Assembly (NCBI GenBank): GCA_965216365.1
Contig: CBDCFT010000070.1
Location: forward strand, 92,779-156,778
Origin: Arenicellales bacterium
GTDB lineage: Bacteria > Pseudomonadota > Gammaproteobacteria > Arenicellales > CBDCFT01
Direction: 5' to 3'
Length of the DNA stretch: 64,000 nt
The position numbers and the translations under genes are program-made. The notes below the pieces were generated by a model. The model worked only from the letters and a program-made list of their open reading frames with translations, was not told where the DNA came from and searched no databases. Below, in pieces: positions 9,999 through 19,269 of the stretch (within the stretch, counting starts at the first letter, position 1; each line of letters starts with the position of its first letter).

Positions 9999-11357
9999 TT
10001 ACTGTTTATCGTGAGTCGCTTCTATCGCTTTTGCGAGTTCCGCTTCGACTGTTTCGTCAATATGGATTTCTTCATCCGTATCCAAAACTCCCGCTTCCGG
10101 ATCCTGGTAAACGGATAAATCGAGTTTACCTTCGCTTTTGGCGACAATGCTTGAAACGGTCGCATCACCGGAAACATTAACGGCCGTTCTAATCATGTCC
10201 ATCAAACGATCAACACCAAGAACGAGACCAATACCTTCGACCGGCAGGCCAACTTGGGTAAACACCATGGACAACATTATCAAACCCACGCCAGGTACGC
10301 CGGCCGTACCAATCGATGCCAGCACGGACATCAGAATTACAGTCAAATAGCCGCCAATCCCAAGTTCTACACCGTAGACGTTGGCAATAAAAACCGTTGC
10401 CACGCCTTGCATTATCGCGGTTCCGTCCATATTGATCGTGGCGCCAAATGGAACGGTAAAAGATGCGACTGAATTGTTAACGCCAAATCGTTCTGTTACT
10501 GTTCTCATGGTGACAGGGATAGTTGCATTAGAACTCGCGGTACTAAACGCAAAAACCTGTACGTTTCTTATTTTCTTAAGAAACATTGCAGGACTGAGTC
10601 CCGAGAAAACTTTCAACACAATCATCAAAGTGACGAATAGATGAAACATCAGGGCGCCCACCAAGACTCCAACGTAACCTGCTAAAGACGCGAGTAAGCC
10701 GAGTCCCAGTGTGGCCACTGCTTTCGCGATAAGAGCAAAAACGGCGTAAGGCGCGACCGACATCACGATAGTCACCATTTTCATCATAATTTCGTTGGCA
10801 ATTTCAGCGCCTTCAACAAAACTCTTCGCTTTGGTGCCCACAATCAACATGCTGATACCGACCAGAATTGCAAAGAAAATAATGGGTAACATGTCACCGT
10901 TCGCCATTGAAGCAATGGGGTTCTTCGGAATGATGTCAATCAACACCTGGGATAACGGGGGTGACTCTTTACCGGTAAAAGCAGCGTCGGTCGCCTGATT
11001 CATACCCTTGCCAATTCCGAAAGTCACCGCAATGATGATTGCGGTTGCGATCGCAATAGCGGTGGTCATCATGTACAAGGCGAATGATTTTCCACCGACG
11101 CGCCCCAACATGCGGATATCTCCAATACCGCAAACACCGCAAATGAGGGAGAAAAATACCAGTGGTACAACTAGCATTTTTAATGCGTTAACAAACATTG
11201 TTCCTACAACATGGAATAATCCGTTAACAATGTATTGATCTACAAAACCGCCGGACGCATTCAAGCCTGTCAGGTTAATGATTAGCCCGACGACGATTCC
11301 TAACGCCATGCCTAACAGAACTTTTACCGTGAGACTCATTTTCTTTTCTTCGCTCAT
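9999..11357 (-). CDS. Dicarboxylate/amino acid:cation symporter (DAACS, GltP-like)
   Basis: AFSTASSNATIP, GATINMDGTA, DRLMDMIRTAVNVSGD. Confidence 0.95.
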   Translation of the reverse strand: MSEEKKMSLTVKVLLGMALGIVVGLIINLTGLNASGGFVDQYIVNGLFHVVGTMFVNALKMLVVPLVFFSLICGVCGIGDIRMLGRVGGKSFALYMMTTAIAIATAIIIAVTFGIGKGMNQATDAAFTGKESPPLSQVLIDIIPKNPIASMANGDMLPIIFFAILVGISMLIVGTKAKSFVEGAEIANEIMMKMVTIVMSVAPYAVFALIAKAVATLGLGLLASLAGYVGVLVGALMFHLFVTLMIVLKVFSGLSPAMFLKKIRNVQVFAFSTASSNATIPVTMRTVTERFGVNNSVASFTVPFGATINMDGTAIMQGVATVFIANVYGVELGIGGYLTVILMSVLASIGTAGVPGVGLIMLSMVFTQVGLPVEGIGLVLGVDRLMDMIRTAVNVSGDATVSSIVAKSEGKLDLSVYQDPEAGVLDTDEEIHIDETVEAELAKAIEATHDKQ

Positions 11358-11697
11358 TAGCTTTACTCCCTGAATTTGGTGTGGTTGTTACTGTCGTATA
11401 TATCCGTACTGCTTTGGCTTTCCTCTTGGTTAATACCAATACCAGTTTATTACACTAAGTATTTGATTTCCACAGAACTATTCAATCTCGAAACCGTTTT
11501 ATTTCAAGGGTTTCAGGGGGATACGCCAGGATGTTGTCGGCGCATAGCAGATTATTGGGAGAATTTAACGGGACGAACTTTGGGGTAGCGTTCCTTTGTG
11601 TTACGAAGCTTTTAGGTGCTATGTATACTCGATACCATATTCATAGGCTAGGTAATTTTCCTCAGTGGTGTCACTGGCGATAATCACAAAAAGATTT

Positions 11698-13365
11698 CTA
11701 TTTATTTTCGCCTGAATTGCGTATCTCACTCAGTGTTTGTCTTGGCGTGATGGCTTCTGCATCAATTATCAATTCAATTAATGTTCCGCTTTTTACGGCA
11801 AGTGCATTTTGAAACGCAGTTTCGAAGTCCGCAGTCCTTGATACGCGTTCAAAGTGAAATCCATAGGCCTGGGCGAGCAAACCAAAATCCGGATTGACAA
11901 TCTCCGTGCCATGTACGCGATTCGGATAATGGCGCTCCTGGTGCATACGAATGGTGCCGTACATGCTGTTATTCAAAAGCAATACAATAGGTTGCGCATC
12001 GTATTGCGCAGCAGTGGCGAGTTCCTGTCCATTCATTTGGAAATCACCGTCGCCGGCGAAACAAACGACTGTTTTATCCGGATAGGACAGTTTGGCTGCG
12101 ATGGCCGCCGGCACTCCATAACCCATGGCGCCGCTTTCCGGCGCAATCAATCGTGCATTTTCACCGTACTGAAAAAACTTGTTTGGCCACACGGAAAAAT
12201 TTCCCGCGCCGTTAGTAACAATGACATCGTCGGGCAGGTGTTCGCGCAACCACGCCATGATCGCGCCCATGTCGACATTGCCGGGTTGCTGCGGAATCGC
12301 CAGCGACTGTAAGTATCCCTTGCGTGCATCGCTGGTCCATTTAGTCCATGATGGTTTTTTTATTGGAGAGAATCGAACCGCGGCCTGTACAAAAGAATTT
12401 GCTCCACAGTGGACACCCAAAATAGGTTGATACACTTTGCCAATCTCGGTTTCGCTGGCATGGACATGAATCAGTTTTTGTCGTGGCGCCGGAACATCGA
12501 GTAGTTGATAACTGTTGGTGGTGATTTCACTCAAATCGAGTCCGATGGCGAGTATTAAATCCGCTTCGCCAAAAAGTTTTTTTGTTTGTTCCGTGACACC
12601 GACACCTGCATCGCCCACATAACATTGGCTGTGGTTATCCATGCGGTCCTGGCAGCGAAAACCGGCAACGACGGGTAGGTTATTTTGTTCGGCAAATTGT
12701 TTAAGATTTTTTCTGCCTAGACCTGTCCAGCCACCGCCGCCTGCCATAACTATAGGTTTGTTTGCGTCGGCTAAATGTTCAAATACTTCGTTTAGTGTTC
12801 GCGGGCTAATTTCAGGTTCTTTCACTTGAACCGCAGGCGTGGGCATCGCGTTCGTGGTATCGACCAGCATATCCTCCGGTAGAGAAATGACGACCGGGCC
12901 GGGCCGGCCGGACAGTGCAACGGAAAATGCACGCGCAACGATTTCCGGCATCCGGTCTGTTTCATTTATTTCCACCGACCATTTAGCGGTAGCAGCGAAA
13001 AATGTTGTGTAATCGATTTCCTGAAACGCATCGCGTCCACGGTCGTTGCGCGCCACCTGGCCAACGAACAAGATCATGGGCGATGAATCCTGTTGCGCGG
13101 TATGCACACCGATGGACGCATTGGTCGCGCCGGGACCACGGGTGACGAAACAAACACCCGGTCTGCCAGTGAGTTTGCCATAGGCCGCAGCCATAAAACC
13201 GGCACCGCCTTCCTGTCGGCACATGACGGTTTTTATGTTTTCTTTTGCCCCGTACAACGCATCTAGAACGGCGAGGTAACTTTCACCAGGGACGCCAAAA
13301 ACAATCGATGTTTGCTGTGCAAGCAAGCAGTCGATTAATAATTCTCCGCCGGTTCTGGTTTTCAA
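11698..13365 (-). CDS. Thiamine diphosphate-dependent enzyme (acetolactate synthase-like)
   Basis: GVPGESYL, RQEGGA, GAMGYG, GDGDFQM...NN ThDP motif. Confidence 0.9.
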   Translation of the reverse strand: MKTRTGGELLIDCLLAQQTSIVFGVPGESYLAVLDALYGAKENIKTVMCRQEGGAGFMAAAYGKLTGRPGVCFVTRGPGATNASIGVHTAQQDSSPMILFVGQVARNDRGRDAFQEIDYTTFFAATAKWSVEINETDRMPEIVARAFSVALSGRPGPVVISLPEDMLVDTTNAMPTPAVQVKEPEISPRTLNEVFEHLADANKPIVMAGGGGWTGLGRKNLKQFAEQNNLPVVAGFRCQDRMDNHSQCYVGDAGVGVTEQTKKLFGEADLILAIGLDLSEITTNSYQLLDVPAPRQKLIHVHASETEIGKVYQPILGVHCGANSFVQAAVRFSPIKKPSWTKWTSDARKGYLQSLAIPQQPGNVDMGAIMAWLREHLPDDVIVTNGAGNFSVWPNKFFQYGENARLIAPESGAMGYGVPAAIAAKLSYPDKTVVCFAGDGDFQMNGQELATAAQYDAQPIVLLLNNSMYGTIRMHQERHYPNRVHGTEIVNPDFGLLAQAYGFHFERVSRTADFETAFQNALAVKSGTLIELIIDAEAITPRQTLSEIRNSGENK

Positions 13366-13384
13366 GTCTGTGTGTCTTGGTCGA

Positions 13385-14416
13385 TCAATTCATTATGGCA
13401 TCGAGTAACTCGCCCGCACCATAACGTACCGCGTCAGTTGTCGGAAGCCCGGTTATTTTTTCGGTGTGTTCGATTTGTTGTCGCGCTTGTTCTTCGTTCA
13501 TGTCGTAAGTATTTAACGCAACACCTACCGTTTTGGCGCGTTCATAACTACCGCAAACTGAAGATAGGTCTTCATACAGTTTTATCAACTGATCGAGTGG
13601 CGGGATAGCGACATCGCCGTCTTCCGCCCATAGTTTGTTCGCTCCCGCCTGATGACAAAGAATAAAATGCGTTGGGCAACTACCACGAATCAAGGGCAGG
13701 TTGGATGTGCTGCCCGGATGCACCAACGAACCCTGGCCTTCGATAATGACCAGATCGTTGTCCGCCGCATCCAGCACCATTTGTTCGACCGCGCCACAGG
13801 CATAGTCTACTCTGATCGCATCCAGCGGTATGCCTTTGCCCGCGATAGTGATACCGATTTGTCCCGTCGCGAGAAAGTCGCTCTTAATACCGCGTTGCCG
13901 TGCGAGTTTCCAGATTTCCAATCCCACCGTCATTTTACCGATGGCCATGTCCGTGCCGACAATGACAACGCGTTTGTTATTCAGTGCCGACGCACGGGCA
14001 CGGGCGATGTTGATGCCTTCGGGTTCGGTTCGAATATCCCACACCCATTGTCCGGGTTCCAGCTCGGGGTAGTTTTGTGCCATCAATTCATGCAGCCCGT
14101 TGACCACGCACATACCCTGTGCAACCGCAGAATCGATCTCCGATTTCAAGTGAGACGGTAAGCGTCCCCCGGAAGGGGCCATACCCAGTATCAGAACCCG
14201 CGCGCCGAGTTTGGCCGCTGCATCAACATTGCCGACGACAGGGCAATCGTTGCCAAAGTCGACGATGTCATGCAGGCGTTTTCCGTTGTGACGCGTATCG
14301 ATAACGCAGGTGACTGGGTTTGGCGAATACCGCAATACACCGTGACCCATCTTGCCATTCAATTCACCGAGTTGATCGTTAAACAAAATGGCGATGGGCA
14401 GATCGGGATTTAACAC
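13385..14416 (-). CDS. DUF1611 protein, DgcN-like (D-glutamate N-acetyltransferase family)
   Basis: GTDMAIGKMT, ATGQIGI, IEGQGSLVHP; overlaps the upstream epimerase. Confidence 0.85.
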   Translation of the reverse strand: MLNPDLPIAILFNDQLGELNGKMGHGVLRYSPNPVTCVIDTRHNGKRLHDIVDFGNDCPVVGNVDAAAKLGARVLILGMAPSGGRLPSHLKSEIDSAVAQGMCVVNGLHELMAQNYPELEPGQWVWDIRTEPEGINIARARASALNNKRVVIVGTDMAIGKMTVGLEIWKLARQRGIKSDFLATGQIGITIAGKGIPLDAIRVDYACGAVEQMVLDAADNDLVIIEGQGSLVHPGSTSNLPLIRGSCPTHFILCHQAGANKLWAEDGDVAIPPLDQLIKLYEDLSSVCGSYERAKTVGVALNTYDMNEEQARQQIEHTEKITGLPTTDAVRYGAGELLDAIMN

Positions 14417-15450
14417 CTTAATCGGCCCCCGTGTCCGGGTGTATCGGTGGGCGTCACGATACCGTTTTTTAAAACTGCGCCTTCAGCAGGGTCGGGCGCC
14501 AAATTGAGTTGCGAATCAAGATCAATATAGTCGAATAACGAACCAATGGCTGCGCCGGCGGAAATCGAAACCGACGATTCACCCATGCAACCAATCATGG
14601 TTTTGAGTCCGTGTGCACGCGCGGTTGCGACAATTCTCAGCGCCTCGGTGATACCACCGCATTTCATTAGTTTTAAATTAACGCCATCAACTGCATGGGC
14701 AAGTCGTGCAACATCGGTTTTGAAGTTGCACGATTCATCGACATAAATCGGCAACGCGCGGTCACGAAATAATTCAGGCAATTGATCGTCACAGGATTGA
14801 TGCAGCGGTTGTTCGACATATTCTGTACCGTGATTCGCAAGCCATGACACCATGTGCCGGGAATCTTCAAGTGACCAGCCACCGTTGGCATCGACCCGAA
14901 TCCCAACGTCAGAATCCTTCACCGTTTCTATGATGGCATTAAACATGGTTTTGTCGGCGTCAATGCCTTCGGGTGAACCGAGTTTTACCTTCAAATAGCG
15001 CGCACCGGTACGCGTGATAATTTCCGGCACACGTTCACGCACCACCTCAGGTGGCACAATACCGATGGTCAAAGATGTGGGAACACTTTGCTTGGATAAA
15101 CCGAGTAGTTTATACAACGGCATAGCTGCTTGTTTAGCTAACAAGTCCCACCATGCGATGTCGAGACCCGCATAGGCACAGGGTGCGACATTAGCGTCAT
15201 GTGCCGCCTGCCATGCTGCATGTGGGTTGCTGTCAGCAAGATCGTAGTTGTCAGCAAAATCATTCAGCTGTTGCGCGCATTCGGTAGCAGTCGATGCGCC
15301 TGTGGTTTCGCCTGGTGCGCATTCGCCTAGTCCTGTGTTTCCATCGTTACTTAAAGAAACGAATAAATTAACCGAACCCCAGTATTCACCGCGGCTAATA
15401 CGCAGTGGGTAACGTTTTTTGAGTTCAATTTCCGAACAGCCGAGTTGCAT
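14410..15450 (-). CDS. Dipeptide epimerase / DgcA-like racemase (enolase superfamily)
   Basis: KVK, DAN, EQP, DES, NLKLMKCGG, GCMGES, DLD motifs. Confidence 0.88.
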   Translation of the reverse strand: MQLGCSEIELKKRYPLRISRGEYWGSVNLFVSLSNDGNTGLGECAPGETTGASTATECAQQLNDFADNYDLADSNPHAAWQAAHDANVAPCAYAGLDIAWWDLLAKQAAMPLYKLLGLSKQSVPTSLTIGIVPPEVVRERVPEIITRTGARYLKVKLGSPEGIDADKTMFNAIIETVKDSDVGIRVDANGGWSLEDSRHMVSWLANHGTEYVEQPLHQSCDDQLPELFRDRALPIYVDESCNFKTDVARLAHAVDGVNLKLMKCGGITEALRIVATARAHGLKTMIGCMGESSVSISAGAAIGSLFDYIDLDSQLNLAPDPAEGAVLKNGIVTPTDTPGHGGRLRC

Positions 15451-15629
15451 CGGTCAGTGTTGTTTATTCTTATATCGAATGCGCAATTGTAAATACATCT
15501 ACATATAAACTGTAGTAGTTACCGAACTACAATTTGGAACTTCTTCGGGTATTAGTATGAAACAAACAGAAAAATGATGCGGTACAGTGCAGTAATAACT
15601 CCACAGAATAGAAAAAAGTGTAGCAAATC

Positions 15630-15980
15630 ATGAAAATATTTCTCAAAGTAATATTGATTATTTTGGTTTTTCTAGCCGTCGCCTCGGGAGTTACAAAAGT
15701 CATGCTGTTACCGCAGGATGTGGAGTTCTTCGGTCGATATGGATTCACTAATCCCATCCTCGTTGCTTATGGCGCGGTTCAGATCATCGGTGGCATCTTG
15801 TTGGTCATTCCAAAAACAAGATTCGTTGGCGCGATTATTGTGGCTATTACGTTTTTGATCTCGCTGGTTGTACTTGTCATGGACGGAAATATCTTATTTT
15901 CAATTTTTACCGTAGTCGCCACGCTTTTATTGGGGGCGATTATGCAGCATAGTCATGCAAAACACCGACCCATTGGATAA
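15630..15980 (+). CDS. DoxX-like small membrane protein
   Basis: 4 TM helices, SGxxK motif in helix 1, FFGRYG. Confidence 0.7.
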   Translation: MKIFLKVILIILVFLAVASGVTKVMLLPQDVEFFGRYGFTNPILVAYGAVQIIGGILLVIPKTRFVGAIIVAITFLISLVVLVMDGNILFSIFTVVATLLLGAIMQHSHAKHRPIG

Positions 15981-16009
15981 ACAGACGGGCTGACAAAGGG
16001 GATTAAATC

Positions 16010-16636
16010 GTGACTTTAAAAGTAATTGGTGCGGGATTCGGGCGCACCGGTACGGAATCAATGAAGCAGGCGTTTGAGATATTGGGTTTTGGACCCTGTC
16101 ATCACATGAAAGAAGTGTTGGCGAATCCGCAACAGAAAGATTTATGGAGGTCGGTCGCGAGCGGCAAGACGCCGGAGTGGGATGTGTTGTTTGCCGGTTA
16201 CAACTCGGCCGTCGATTGGCCCGCGGCCTACTTCTGGCGTGAGTTGAGCGAGTATTATCCCGATGCCAAAATATTGCTCACCATACGCAGTTCGGAAAGC
16301 TGGTACGCAAGCATGGTGAAAACCATTTTCAAGGTTTTGCAAGAGAGTGATGACCCCGCTTCGGTCGGGGTAAAGTTGATTGGAGAACGTGTCTTTGGTG
16401 GTAATCTGGATAATCGTGACCATGCGATTGCGGTGTACGAACAGAATATTGCTGAAGTACGGAGTGCATTCAGCAAGGATCGTCTGCTCGAATACAATTT
16501 GGGCGACGGCTGGCAACCTTTGTGTCGATTTTTTGGCAAGCCGGTGCCTGACGTTGCCTATCCGCGCAGTAATTCGACCCAGGAATTCACGCAAGCGATG
16601 AATAAAACTAATACACCAACGCGTGAATACGAATAA
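16010..16636 (+). CDS. Sulfotransferase family protein (Sulfotransfer_4-like)
   Basis: VIGAGFGRTGT, GPCHHM, VDWP, YPDAKILLT, DGWQPLC. Confidence 0.85.
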   Translation: MTLKVIGAGFGRTGTESMKQAFEILGFGPCHHMKEVLANPQQKDLWRSVASGKTPEWDVLFAGYNSAVDWPAAYFWRELSEYYPDAKILLTIRSSESWYASMVKTIFKVLQESDDPASVGVKLIGERVFGGNLDNRDHAIAVYEQNIAEVRSAFSKDRLLEYNLGDGWQPLCRFFGKPVPDVAYPRSNSTQEFTQAMNKTNTPTREYE

Positions 16637-16678
16637 GGAAATTTCCGTCGGTAATTTGAAACAATAGGTAAGTATTAT

Positions 16679-17842
16679 TTGACGATGAATTACGAACTTG
16701 ACCATCAGGAAATTCGTGCAAGCGTTGCCCGTTTGTGTGCGGATTATCCTGGCAAATATTGGCGTAAATGCGACAAAGAGCAGGCTTATCCCAAGGCCTT
16801 TGTTGATGCATTGACCGAAAGCGGGTTTCTCGGCGCGCTTGTTCCCGAGGAGTATGGCGGTTCGGGTTTACCGATTTCGGCCGCGGCGGCTATCCTTGAA
16901 GAGATTCATCGATCCGGTGGCAATGCCGGTGCGTGTCATGCGCAGATGTACACGATGGGTACTGTTTTGCGGCACGGTTCACCGGAACAAAAGCAAAAAT
17001 ACCTGCCGGGTATTGCCGATGGCAGTCTGCGCCTGCAGGCGTTCGGCGTTACCGAACCCACAAGCGGTACGGATACGACGGCGTTGCGCACGACGGCTAA
17101 ACTTGAAGGCGCAAACTATATCGTTAACGGGCAAAAGATCTGGACATCGCGTGCGGCGTATTCGGATCTAATGTTATTGCTGTGTCGCACCACACCACGC
17201 GATCAGGTCGACAAAAAAACCAACGGACTTTCAGTGTTACTGGTCGATATGCGTGACACGCGCGATAAGACACTGACCATTCGACCTATTCGCACCATGA
17301 TGAACCATGCGACCACGGAAGTGTTTTTCGACAACATGCCGGTGCCGGCAGAAAACCTGATTGGTGAGGAGGGCAAGGGTTTTCGCTATATTTTGTCCGG
17401 CATGAACGCCGAACGCATTTTGATTGCTGCAGAATGTATCGGCGATGCGAAGTGGTTTATTGAAAAAGCATCCGGCTATGCGAAAGAACGCACAGTGTTT
17501 GATCGCCCGATCGGACAAAATCAGGGTGTGCAGTTTCCGATTGCAAAAGCCTATGGGCAAATGCGTGCGGCGGAATTGATGTTGCGCGAAGCAATCAGGC
17601 TTTATGAAGATGGTAAAAATCCGGGCGAAGAAGCCAACCTGGCTAAGATGCTGGCGGCGGAAGCGTCATGGGCAGCGGCCGAGGCTTGTCTGCAAACCCA
17701 TGGTGGATTCGGTTTTGCCGAAGAATATGATATTGAACGAAAGTTCCGCGAAACACGGCTGTATCAAGTTGCACCGATCTCTACCAACTTGATTTTGAGT
17801 TACATTGCGGAACATGTTTTGGGAATGCCACGATCGTATTAA
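16679..17842 (+). CDS. Acyl-CoA dehydrogenase
   Basis: FGVTEPTSGTD, NGQKIWTS, QTHGGFG, ERKFRE. Confidence 0.93.
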   Translation: MTMNYELDHQEIRASVARLCADYPGKYWRKCDKEQAYPKAFVDALTESGFLGALVPEEYGGSGLPISAAAAILEEIHRSGGNAGACHAQMYTMGTVLRHGSPEQKQKYLPGIADGSLRLQAFGVTEPTSGTDTTALRTTAKLEGANYIVNGQKIWTSRAAYSDLMLLLCRTTPRDQVDKKTNGLSVLLVDMRDTRDKTLTIRPIRTMMNHATTEVFFDNMPVPAENLIGEEGKGFRYILSGMNAERILIAAECIGDAKWFIEKASGYAKERTVFDRPIGQNQGVQFPIAKAYGQMRAAELMLREAIRLYEDGKNPGEEANLAKMLAAEASWAAAEACLQTHGGFGFAEEYDIERKFRETRLYQVAPISTNLILSYIAEHVLGMPRSY

Positions 17843-17854
17843 TATTGCGCACAG

Positions 17855-17880
17855 TAGAACCGCGAAATAGAACCGCGAAA
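17855..17880 (+). repeat. 13 bp tandem duplication (TAGAACCGCGAAA x2)
   Basis: Exact tandem copy ending 4 nt before the Rieske start codon. Confidence 0.85.
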
Positions 17881-17884
17881 TAAA

Positions 17885-19015
17885 ATGATGAACAGAAAAT
17901 TGGACAAAAGCGATCTCGGTCGTTTCGTTGACGATCCGGAAAAATCTTGGACCTTGCCGGGGCATTTTTACTATGACCCGGATATTTATGCTAAGGAGTT
18001 GAAGGCCATTTTTTATCGCACCTGGCAATACGTTTGTCATGGTTCACGCCTGAGCGAGCCGGGCAGCTACTTCGTGCGCGAAATTGGTGACCAAAGCATT
18101 GTCGTGATTAAAGACAACGACAATGTTATTCGCGCCTATCACAATGTCTGCCAGCATCGTGCACACCGATTGCTGGAAGGTGAAGGACAGATCAATCAGC
18201 GTATCGTGTGTCCGTATCATGCCTGGTGCTACGGTCTTTCGGGCGAGTTGCAATTCGCCCGTGGCAGTGATCAGGTACGGGATTTCCCGGAAAGCGATAT
18301 TCGATTGCAGGCGGTGCGTGTCGATAGTCTGTGTGGTTTCGTATTCGTGAATCTCGACCCGGACGCTAGGCCGATGCGCGAGACATATAAATCCTTAGAA
18401 GATGAAATACTCGCACTGGCACCCAATGCCGCAAAGCTGACGCGCTCACACGTACAGAGCTTCCCGCTGGCGGCGAACTGGAAGAACTCCGTGGAAAACT
18501 ATTCCGAGTGTTATCACTGCCCCAATCGTCATCCATCCCTGGTGAACGGTGCACTCGATATCACCAAATACAAAATTAACGTTTACCCCGGTTATCATCG
18601 TCACGTCACCAGTGATGTGGGCGAGCAACAGGGATATAAAATAGAATCGAACGGCGCACCGGCGAATCACGAATTCGGCAGTTGGTTGCTGTGGCCGAAC
18701 ATGGTGTTTGAAGTTTATCCCGGCGGTAATCTGACTATATTCAACCATGTGCCTGTGGGGCCGGAGCGCACGCTGCAGGAAACCGAGTGGTATTTCCCCA
18801 ACGAGACACCGACAAAGCAGGAACGCGAGGTGATCGATTTCATTAACGTCGTGCGCGAAGAAGACATTCCGATTTGCGAAAATGTGCAACGTGGATTACA
18901 CAGCCAGGGTTATACACAAGGTCGTTTTATTGTTGATGCAGGTCGAACCGATGTAAGCGAACATGCTGTGCACGATTTCCAGTTACGCGTCGTGCGTGCG
19001 TTAAAAGCGAACTAG
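17885..19015 (+). CDS. Rieske oxygenase alpha subunit, CntA/choline monooxygenase-like
   Basis: CQH...CPYH Rieske motif; NWKxxxENxxECYHCxxxH iron motif; EEDIPICENVQRG. Confidence 0.9.
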   Translation: MMNRKLDKSDLGRFVDDPEKSWTLPGHFYYDPDIYAKELKAIFYRTWQYVCHGSRLSEPGSYFVREIGDQSIVVIKDNDNVIRAYHNVCQHRAHRLLEGEGQINQRIVCPYHAWCYGLSGELQFARGSDQVRDFPESDIRLQAVRVDSLCGFVFVNLDPDARPMRETYKSLEDEILALAPNAAKLTRSHVQSFPLAANWKNSVENYSECYHCPNRHPSLVNGALDITKYKINVYPGYHRHVTSDVGEQQGYKIESNGAPANHEFGSWLLWPNMVFEVYPGGNLTIFNHVPVGPERTLQETEWYFPNETPTKQEREVIDFINVVREEDIPICENVQRGLHSQGYTQGRFIVDAGRTDVSEHAVHDFQLRVVRALKAN

Positions 19016-19147
19016 AATTTTGTGCATCACACGCGCGGGGTTTTAATTATGCCTGATTTTTCAACGATTTCACTGCCAGCCGCGTATTTCGACATGCAAT
19101 CGGAGACCGCGCAATTTCGGCGCCAGGACTGCACTTTTTGCAAAAAA

Positions 19148-19169
19148 ATAACAATTCCGGTTTTGTTAT
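19148..19169. promoter_or_regulatory. Inverted repeat, candidate operator upstream of the ABC SBP
   Basis: ATAACAA-N8-TTGTTAT about 100 nt before the start codon. Confidence 0.4.
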
Positions 19170-19269
19170 AGAATCCATATCCGGCAGGTTATACTGCTTA
19201 CGCACCCTTCTGGGGGGATAATAATCCGACCAACGGGTAGTAACTATTTAAAACTGATGAGGAGTTTGT

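Noticed and set aside
19020-19265. Riboswitch in the leader of the ABC SBP
   Set aside because: No recognisable glycine, TPP, cobalamin or SAM consensus; an Rfam scan would be needed
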